From contig CAYPAN010000001.1 of assembly GCA_964408725.1 (NCBI GenBank), forward strand, positions 1-39,022: a stretch of DNA of 39,022 nucleotides, written 5' to 3'. The notes beneath the pieces were generated by a model, which searched no databases, had not been told where the DNA came from, and saw only the letters and a list, made by a program, of their open reading frames with translations. The stretch comes from an uncultured Candidatus Saccharibacteria bacterium (GTDB taxonomy: Bacteria > Patescibacteriota > Minisyncoccia > Phycocordibacterales > UBA9973). Both the position numbers and the translations under genes were made by a program. The first letter of the stretch is position 1; each line of letters begins with the position of its first letter. Positions 26,305 to 32,682 of this stretch are shown here, piece by piece.

Positions 26305-28617
26305 TCAAATTTTGATTTTTTCTTTTAAAACAACTATCTCGTCACGCAAGATTGCCGCCGTTTCGAAATCCAGCTCTTTTACCGCTTTATTCATCTCCTT
26401 TTCTTTTATTTTTATTATTTTTTCGTAAACTGTTGTATTTCTTTCTTCATCCGAAAGTAAACTGTTTTTTATAGAATCACTTTCGTTTTTCCCTTTATTA
26501 CTTTTATCTCTGGCAAACGCTTTCTTGAACAATTCAACATCAAGTGCCAATTCCGCATTGACCGTTTTCCCGTGTTCGCTTTCCATTTCCTCGGTTATGT
26601 CCTTAATCTTTTTCATAATCGTTTTCGGCGTGATATTGTGTTTTTTATTGTAAGCAATTTGAATATTACGTCGACGGGTGGTCTCTCCTATCGCCCTCTC
26701 CAGTGAACCCGTCATAACGTCCGCGTAAAGAATGACTTTGCCGTATACATTGCGGGCCGCGCGGCCTATGGTCTGGATTAACGAGGTTTCCGAACGCAAA
26801 AATCCTTCTTTGTCGGCGTCCAGTATGCCGATTAATGCCACTTCCGGCAAATCAAGCCCTTCACGCAGAAGATTTACCCCCACTAAAACATCAAAATCGC
26901 CTTTTCTGAATTGCGTCAGAATTTTTATTCTTTCAATCGTCTTTATATCGCTATGCAAGTATTCCGCTTTTATTTTTTTGTCTTTCAAATAAGTGGAAAG
27001 GTCCTCCGCCATTTTTTTGGTGAGTGTCGTGGCAAGAACACGAAAACCCATCTTGATCGTTTTTTCTATTTCCTTAATAAAATCCTGAATCTGACCCGGA
27101 TAAGGCCCAGAGGTATACTCGGAGGAGTATTCGCTGCGGCCAGAACTTTCTTGCCCTTCCAAGATAGAGTGCGAACGACGGAGAGAATTATCCTGAGCAA
27201 GACTTTCCGAAACCGGCCGAACAGAAATCTCCGGGTCAACAAGCCCGGTTGGACGGATAATCTGTTCCACCATTTGTTCGCTTTGAGCGCGTTCCTGGTC
27301 GGAAGGCGTAGCGCTAGTGTATATGACAGGCCCGATTCTTTCACTAAATTCTTCATATTTTAAAGGTCTGTTGTCTTTGGCCGAAGGCAAGCGAAAGCCA
27401 TATTCCACAAGGGTATTTTTGCGGGAAGCATCTCCCGCGTACATACCCTGGAGCTGTGGCAGGGTGACGTGAGATTCGTCTATGACAGTCAAAAAATCAG
27501 GAATATACTCGGAGGAGTATTCGCTACTGCCAGAACTTTCTTGCCCTTCCAAGATAGAGTGCGAGCGACGGAGAGTATGTTCCTGATTTTTTATATGCGG
27601 AAAATAAGAAAGTAATGTTTCCGGCGGTTCGCCTTCTTTTTTGCCGGATAAATGTCTTGAATAATTTTCAATACCGTTGCAATAACCGACTTCACGAATC
27701 ATAGCTAAATCATAATTTGTCCTTCTTTTAATGCGTTCTGCTTCCAATAATTTTCCTTCTTTCTCAAATTTTTTCAATTGGCTCGTTAATTCTTTTTTTA
27801 TCTCCACCAGCGCTTTCTTTTTCTTCACGTCCTCAGTTATAAAATGTTTCACCGGAAAAATAAACAATGGTTCTTCCTCGCCTGCTCCCGACTTGGGAGG
27901 GCGGGCAGGTTTGATAATCTGTGAAGAAATCGGGTCAATTTTTTTAATTTTTGAAATTAATTCATTTTGTATTTCCACCTGATACATTATTTTTTCAGAT
28001 ATGGGCATAATTTCCACCCGAGAACCGATTGAACGGAAAGTTCCCGGATTTAAGTTGGCATTTGTGCGCTCAAAATGAATTTCAATCAATTTTTTCATTA
28101 AAGCCATTCGGCTTATTTTCATACCGATTTTCAATTTCAAATTAACCTTTTCATATTCCACAGGAGACCCCAAGCCGTAAATGCAAGAAACTGATGCCAC
28201 TATTATCACATCACGTCTGGTGAGCAATGCTTCCGTCGTGGCATGACGCAGACGGTCTATTTCTTTATTGATTTGTGCGTCTTTTTCAATGTATGTGTCT
28301 GACGCCGGCATATAAGCCTCCGGCTGATAATAGTCGTAATATGAAACAAAATAATGCACAGCCGCGTCCGGGAAAAATTGCTTAAATTCCTGTGCAAGCT
28401 GGGCGGCCAGAGTTTTATTGTGTGCTATGACAAGCGTCGGCTTATTATATGCGGCTATCACATTAGCCATTGTAAAAGTCTTACCTGTGCCCGTGGCCCC
28501 TATCAATGTTTGTTTTTTCATTCCCTTTTCAAGCCCATTTAGAAGCTCCGAAATAGCCTTGGGTTGATCTCCCGCTGGCTGAAATGGTTTATGTAGTTTA
28601 AAAATATTTTTTGACAA
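26305..28617 (-). CDS. uvrB: Excinuclease ABC subunit B, carrying two in-frame repeat-element insertions
   Basis: Walker A GATGTGKTF, FVSYYDYYQPEAY, motif II VIDESHVT, GFRLPSAKDNRPL, LLREGLDLPEV, QTIGRAARN and a C-terminal UVR domain. It is 770 aa against about 670 aa for typical UvrB. The two inserts of about 33-36 aa account for most of the excess. Confidence 0.95.
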   Translation of the reverse strand: MSKNIFKLHKPFQPAGDQPKAISELLNGLEKGMKKQTLIGATGTGKTFTMANVIAAYNKPTLVIAHNKTLAAQLAQEFKQFFPDAAVHYFVSYYDYYQPEAYMPASDTYIEKDAQINKEIDRLRHATTEALLTRRDVIIVASVSCIYGLGSPVEYEKVNLKLKIGMKISRMALMKKLIEIHFERTNANLNPGTFRSIGSRVEIMPISEKIMYQVEIQNELISKIKKIDPISSQIIKPARPPKSGAGEEEPLFIFPVKHFITEDVKKKKALVEIKKELTSQLKKFEKEGKLLEAERIKRRTNYDLAMIREVGYCNGIENYSRHLSGKKEGEPPETLLSYFPHIKNQEHTLRRSHSILEGQESSGSSEYSSEYIPDFLTVIDESHVTLPQLQGMYAGDASRKNTLVEYGFRLPSAKDNRPLKYEEFSERIGPVIYTSATPSDQERAQSEQMVEQIIRPTGLVDPEISVRPVSESLAQDNSLRRSHSILEGQESSGRSEYSSEYTSGPYPGQIQDFIKEIEKTIKMGFRVLATTLTKKMAEDLSTYLKDKKIKAEYLHSDIKTIERIKILTQFRKGDFDVLVGVNLLREGLDLPEVALIGILDADKEGFLRSETSLIQTIGRAARNVYGKVILYADVMTGSLERAIGETTRRRNIQIAYNKKHNITPKTIMKKIKDITEEMESEHGKTVNAELALDVELFKKAFARDKSNKGKNESDSIKNSLLSDEERNTTVYEKIIKIKEKEMNKAVKELDFETAAILRDEIVVLKEKIKI
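27105..27198 (-). repeat. Hairpin repeat element, copy A (in frame in uvrB, between VRPVSE and GQIQDFIKEI)
   Basis: The 68-nt core at 27118-27185 matches copy B at 65/68 positions and the polA copy at 63/68. It encodes SLRRSHSILEGQESSGRSEYSSE. The flanking arms are only weakly complementary. Confidence 0.85.
27491..27592 (-). repeat. Hairpin repeat element, copy B (in frame in uvrB, 8 codons upstream of the DESH box)
   Basis: The 68-nt core is at 27508-27575. The 20-nt arms at 27491-27510 and 27573-27592 are reverse complements at 19/20 positions. Total length is 102 nt, or 34 codons. Confidence 0.9.
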
Positions 28618-28645
28618 TATTTTATATTAACACTTTTTAGAATTT

Positions 28646-28774
28646 TTATTGAATATCGTAGTAGTTTTCAGGAGAATAAACCTCATATCCTTTCATAATA
28701 ATTATATAAGCAAAGACAGAACTTATTATTGTAAATATAAGCATAAATATGAATGTTTTATTAGTTGCGGACAT
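28646..28774 (-). CDS. Possible 42-aa hydrophobic miniprotein
   Basis: Hand-translated as MSATNKTFIFMLIFTIISSVFAYIIIMKGYEVYSPENYYDIQ. It has one TM-like span, lies just upstream of uvrB, and is below the ORF-track length cutoff. Confidence 0.25.
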   Translation of the reverse strand: MSATNKTFIFMLIFTIISSVFAYIIIMKGYEVYSPENYYDIQ

Positions 28775-28867
28775 AGTTTTAATTATAACATTTATTTATT
28801 TCAAAAAGTAAAAATCTCTTGATTTTTGAGCACATTTCCTATATATTTGAGTTGCTTGTCAAATTTC

Positions 28868-28915
28868 CATAGTTAATGTTTCCGCCCGTAGCTCAGTTGT
28901 AGCGGATTCAACTGA
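28868..28915 (+). pseudogene. Decayed partial duplicate of the tRNA-Lys 5' region
   Basis: CATAGTTAAT (28868-28877) and CCGCCCGTAGCTCAGTTG (28882-28899) are identical to 28942-28951 and 28955-28972 of the intact gene 73-74 nt downstream. The remainder no longer folds as a tRNA. Confidence 0.6.
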
Positions 28916-28954
28916 CTATTTACAAAAAGTTATTAAAACCGCATAGTTAATTAA

Positions 28955-29027
28955 CCGCCCGTAGCTCAGTTGGTAGAGCAGATCCCTTTTAAGGATAAGG
29001 TCGTCGGTCCGATCCCGACCGGGCGGA
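28955..29027 (+). tRNA. tRNA-Lys (anticodon UUU)
   Basis: Hand-folded. Acceptor CCGCCCG/CGGGCGG with discriminator A. D arm GCTC-AGTTGGTA-GAGC. Anticodon arm GATCC-CTTTTAA-GGATA (27:43 G/A mismatch). T arm GTCGG-TCCGATC-CCGAC. Oddities are the C1:G72 pair and a C at T-loop position 55. Confidence 0.8.
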
Positions 29028-29032
29028 CAAAT

Positions 29033-29680
29033 TTAAAAAGCATCCAGTAAAAATTGCTCAAATACAGACTCGGCGTCTTTGCCATCTTTGCGGGCTTCCG
29101 GCAGAAGGTAAGAAAGCTTGCCGGCAAAATTTTCAAGCTCGGAAGAAGTATATTTTCGGAAATCTTTTTTCAGTATCATATCTTTGGTTTTCCAAAACAA
29201 AACACCGGCGAGTTCTTCCAGGGCCACGTCTTTTTCCAAGGCTTGCCTAAAATGAACCCATAAATTAAGCTTATCCCGCTCCCCAAATGCATTGGCCAGC
29301 ATAAAACTGTTAAATCTTTCCTTTTTCTCTTTAGGTAATTCAAGTATACTGATTTTCGCTTTTACTTTTTCAAAAGCATCTAAAATTTCTTTATTTAACT
29401 TTCCTTCTAAAAAAATAAAATCATTACCGGATTCACTTATTATATTCAACTTATTTAAAATAAAATTAAGCGTTTCTTCCTTTTCAAAAATATTTGTAAA
29501 AATTACCGCGCACTTTTTAAAAAACAGTCCAGCGCCGGAGTAAAAACTCTCCGTTTCCATTTCTTTAAAGTCATTTTTGCCGATAAAAAAAGTTTCCGTA
29601 CCGGCTGGCATAGACTTTATTAATTTTTCATAACTCTCGTGTTTATTTTTTGCATCATCTCCACAAAAAAGATAAATCAT
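29033..29680 (-). CDS. DNA polymerase III delta subunit-like protein (short HolA)
   Basis: IYLFCGDD start and a helical C-terminal half (FMLANAFGERDKLNLWVHFRQALEKDVALEELAGVLFWKTKDMI) resemble HolA. It is only 215 aa. Confidence 0.5.
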   Translation of the reverse strand: MIYLFCGDDAKNKHESYEKLIKSMPAGTETFFIGKNDFKEMETESFYSGAGLFFKKCAVIFTNIFEKEETLNFILNKLNIISESGNDFIFLEGKLNKEILDAFEKVKAKISILELPKEKKERFNSFMLANAFGERDKLNLWVHFRQALEKDVALEELAGVLFWKTKDMILKKDFRKYTSSELENFAGKLSYLLPEARKDGKDAESVFEQFLLDAF

Positions 29681-29681
29681 A

Positions 29682-30167
29682 TTAGAGTTTCACTGATTTT
29701 TTATATTCCAAATACGGAGCGCCGTATTTTTCCGCAAGAATTCTTTCTTCTTTTTTGAGAAAGAAAAATTTGGCCACAAAAATTGAAATTATTGAAAAAA
29801 TAACCACAAAGAAAGAATCGGCTACGATGCCAAAACCCAACACTAAAAGAAAAAGTCCAAAATGCGTCGGGCTTCTGGTAAACCTATAAGGCCCGCGGTA
29901 AAATGTCTCCTTGCTTAGGCTCTCCTTCTCCAAATTACGGGAGGATTTTTGTGCCCAAAATACTAAAAGCGTACCGAGAACCAAAAAAACAATGCCAATG
30001 GGCATCAAATCCAGCTTCCCAAAAATTTTAAGGGGAAAAACAAAATCCAAGAGAAGCCCGAGCAAAAAGGAGATAAAAAAACAAAGATACGAATGCGCTA
30101 AAATTTTATGCACTTTATTTTTGTTTTTACCTCCAAATTGTTCTGCTGTAGTTCCTATTTGCATCAT
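29682..30167 (-). CDS. Isoprenylcysteine carboxyl / phospholipid methyltransferase-family membrane protein
   Basis: Four or five TM spans and the YRFTRSPTHFG...L motif of the ICMT/PEMT family, with a C-terminal EERILAEKYGAPYLEYKK. Confidence 0.7.
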   Translation of the reverse strand: MMQIGTTAEQFGGKNKNKVHKILAHSYLCFFISFLLGLLLDFVFPLKIFGKLDLMPIGIVFLVLGTLLVFWAQKSSRNLEKESLSKETFYRGPYRFTRSPTHFGLFLLVLGFGIVADSFFVVIFSIISIFVAKFFFLKKEERILAEKYGAPYLEYKKSVKL

Positions 30168-30191
30168 TTTATAATAGCATATAATGTACCA

Positions 30192-32645
30192 TTATTTAAC
30201 CTCTCCAAAATTATTTCCGGAACCGGAATGTACTAAGAGCGGAATACTAGTTTCATAATGTAAATATGAGCGTTTTAGCACTGTTTGCATAGCATTTTTT
30301 ATCACTTTTCCCGCCTCTTCAAGTACTTTATCTTCCACTTCATAAACTAATTCATCGTGAATTTGAAGCACCAGATGAGCTTTTTCTAAAATATTCGCTT
30401 TTTTCAAGTCTTCTTCCGCGTATCTTATGGCCAGTTTTATAATATCGGCCGTGGCTGTGCCCTGGACTGGCGCGTTTATGGCCGTGCGTTCAGCCATATT
30501 TTTCAAAAATGGAATTCGTGAATTTATATTGGGAAAATATCGGCGCCTGCCGAATAATGTTTCCGTATATGAATGTTTCATAGCAAAAACTTTTACCTCT
30601 TCCAGATAATCCCGCACGCCACTAAATTGATTGAAATAATTGTCGTAAAATTTTTGCGCTTCAGGGCGGGTACCTCCTAAACTTTTACGCAAAGCTGAAA
30701 CCCCCATACCGTAAATAATGCCAAAATTTATCACTTTCGCTTTGCGCCGCATTTCAGCGTCCACCTTATCTATAGGCACGTTAAAAACAAAAGAAGCCAC
30801 TCCGGCGTGAATATCTTTACCTTCACGAAATATTTGCGTCATTTTTTTATCTCCAGAAAGCATCGCCACAACCCGAAGTTCAATCTGGCTGTAGTCAAAA
30901 GCCAAAAGTTTACAGCCTTTTCCGGCTATAAAACCATTCCTTATTTTTTTGCCCAGTTCTGTTTTTATCGGCAAATTCTGCAAGTTTGGGTCTTGGGAAG
31001 AAAATCTGCCGGTCGTTGTGCCATTCTGCAAAAATTTAGCGTGCAGACGACCGTCTTGCGCCACCATTTTGGGAATTACGTCAATATAAGTGGAAAGCAG
31101 TTTTTGCAACTCTCTATAAGACAATATTTCTTTTATGATTGGATTATCTTCTTCCAGTTCTTCCAGCACTGAAACTTTGGTCGAAAAGGAGCCGCTGGCG
31201 CTTTTTTTCTTACTTGATTTCATTCCCATTTTACCGAAAATAACTTCTCCCAATTGTTTAGGTGAATTAATATTAAATTCCGTTCCTGCCATTTTGTAAA
31301 TTTTCCCAGTTAGCTTGTCCAATTCTTTATGGTATTCCTCTGATAAATTTTCAAAATATTTTTTATCTATCAATATGCCATAATCCTGCATTTCTTTTAC
31401 TATGGGCATTATGGGTCTTTCTATTTCTTCATAAACTTTTTCCAGTCCTTTTTCTTTCAATTGCTTAAAAACATACTCTCGCGCTGTTTTAAAATCATTC
31501 GTCTTTCCAAAATGCAAAATGTCTTCCAAAGAGGGATTGGCAATGTCCGAATTTAAGAGCCATAGGGCAATGGAGGTTTCCTGAAGCTCCTTTTCGTCCA
31601 CAGTATGTACCCCTTGATGATTGTTCTCGGAGGAGTATTCGCTGCTACCAGAAATATCTTGCCCTTCCAAGATAGAGTGCGAGCGACGGAGAGAATTATC
31701 ATCAAGGGGTACTTTTTCTTTTTGAAACTTCCCTGCAAAAAAACTTTTCAATCGCGCAAATAAACTTCTAAATTCAAACAAGGAAAAAATATTCTCAATT
31801 TTTTTCAAATCGGCATTCTGCCAAAAAGTATTTTTCGGCAATGTAAAATTTATCGGCGCATCAGTCCTGATTTTGGCCAGAGTTTTGGAAAACAAAGCTT
31901 CTTCCTCGTTGTTTTTTATAAGTTCCAATATTCTTGGAGAAATATCATTTTTAATGAAAATACTTTCGTCTTTTTTTAATTTTTTATAAATTTCTTCTAT
32001 AGTTCCGAAATTAACAATAAGATTGGTGGCTGTTTTTTCACCAATACCCTTTATACCAATAATATTATCCGACGGGTCGCCCCGCAGACCTTTGTAATCC
32101 GGTAAAAGTTTCGGCTTAAATCCAAACCTACCAATCACCTTTTCCTCGTTGTACAAGATAGTGTCATTAATTCCTTTTTTTAATGTATAGACTTGCACTT
32201 TTTCTCCGTCTACCAATTGCATTGTGTCCATATCACCCGAGGCAATAATTATATTTATTTTTTTGTCTTTTTTTAATTCTTCCACTATAGTACCCAGCAC
32301 ATCATCCGCCTCAAAACCCGGAGCATCATAAATAGGAATATTAAACGCCTCAAAAATCTGCCTGGAATTTTTCAGTTGCAGAATAAGAGCATCATCGGTT
32401 TTTGCTCTTCCAGCTTTGTATCCTTCATACGCTTCGTGTCTGAAAGTTTTTTGTGGTAAATCATAACAGGCTACAATATAGTCCGGTTTTAAATCGGTAA
32501 TTATTTTCATCAGCATACTGGTGAGTCCATACAAGGCTCCTGTGGGCTCGCCCTTGGACGATAAAAACTCCGGTAAGGCGTGATAAGCACGATGTATTAT
32601 CGCGTGAGCATCCAGCAACACTAATGTCTTTTTATCTTTCTCCAT
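30192..32645 (-). CDS. polA: DNA polymerase I, carrying one in-frame repeat-element insertion
   Basis: Start at ATG 32645 (MEKDKKTLVLLDAHAIIHRAYHALP, 5'-nuclease domain). Pol A motifs: LLAFDYSQIELRV (A), RRKAKVINFGIIYGM (B), LQIHDELVYEV (C). The upstream 46 codons of the ORF track lack homology and overlap the pilB start. Confidence 0.95.
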   Translation of the reverse strand: MEKDKKTLVLLDAHAIIHRAYHALPEFLSSKGEPTGALYGLTSMLMKIITDLKPDYIVACYDLPQKTFRHEAYEGYKAGRAKTDDALILQLKNSRQIFEAFNIPIYDAPGFEADDVLGTIVEELKKDKKINIIIASGDMDTMQLVDGEKVQVYTLKKGINDTILYNEEKVIGRFGFKPKLLPDYKGLRGDPSDNIIGIKGIGEKTATNLIVNFGTIEEIYKKLKKDESIFIKNDISPRILELIKNNEEEALFSKTLAKIRTDAPINFTLPKNTFWQNADLKKIENIFSLFEFRSLFARLKSFFAGKFQKEKVPLDDNSLRRSHSILEGQDISGSSEYSSENNHQGVHTVDEKELQETSIALWLLNSDIANPSLEDILHFGKTNDFKTAREYVFKQLKEKGLEKVYEEIERPIMPIVKEMQDYGILIDKKYFENLSEEYHKELDKLTGKIYKMAGTEFNINSPKQLGEVIFGKMGMKSSKKKSASGSFSTKVSVLEELEEDNPIIKEILSYRELQKLLSTYIDVIPKMVAQDGRLHAKFLQNGTTTGRFSSQDPNLQNLPIKTELGKKIRNGFIAGKGCKLLAFDYSQIELRVVAMLSGDKKMTQIFREGKDIHAGVASFVFNVPIDKVDAEMRRKAKVINFGIIYGMGVSALRKSLGGTRPEAQKFYDNYFNQFSGVRDYLEEVKVFAMKHSYTETLFGRRRYFPNINSRIPFLKNMAERTAINAPVQGTATADIIKLAIRYAEEDLKKANILEKAHLVLQIHDELVYEVEDKVLEEAGKVIKNAMQTVLKRSYLHYETSIPLLVHSGSGNNFGEVK
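31607..31712 (-). repeat. Hairpin repeat element, polA copy (in frame in the linker after the 5'-nuclease domain)
   Basis: The 68-nt core is at 31626-31693. The 22-nt arms at 31607-31628 and 31691-31712 pair with 20 Watson-Crick pairs and 1 G/T pair out of 22. It encodes VPLDDNSLRRSHSILEGQDISGSSEYSSENNHQGV. Confidence 0.9.
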
Positions 32646-32682
32646 TGTGTAAATTATAGCATTATTGCTATAATTTATAATT

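Noticed and set aside
27105-31712. Alternative explanations for the uvrB/polA repeats: DGR template/variable repeats, inteins, or group I/II or BHB introns
   Set aside because: - DGR: no reverse transcriptase is nearby, and the differences between copies are not adenine-specific.
- Intein: about 33 aa is far too short and lacks the splice-junction residues (Cys/Ser ... His-Asn).
- Group I/II intron: about 100 nt is too small, and all copies are open and in frame.
- RNA-level removal cannot be excluded without transcript data.
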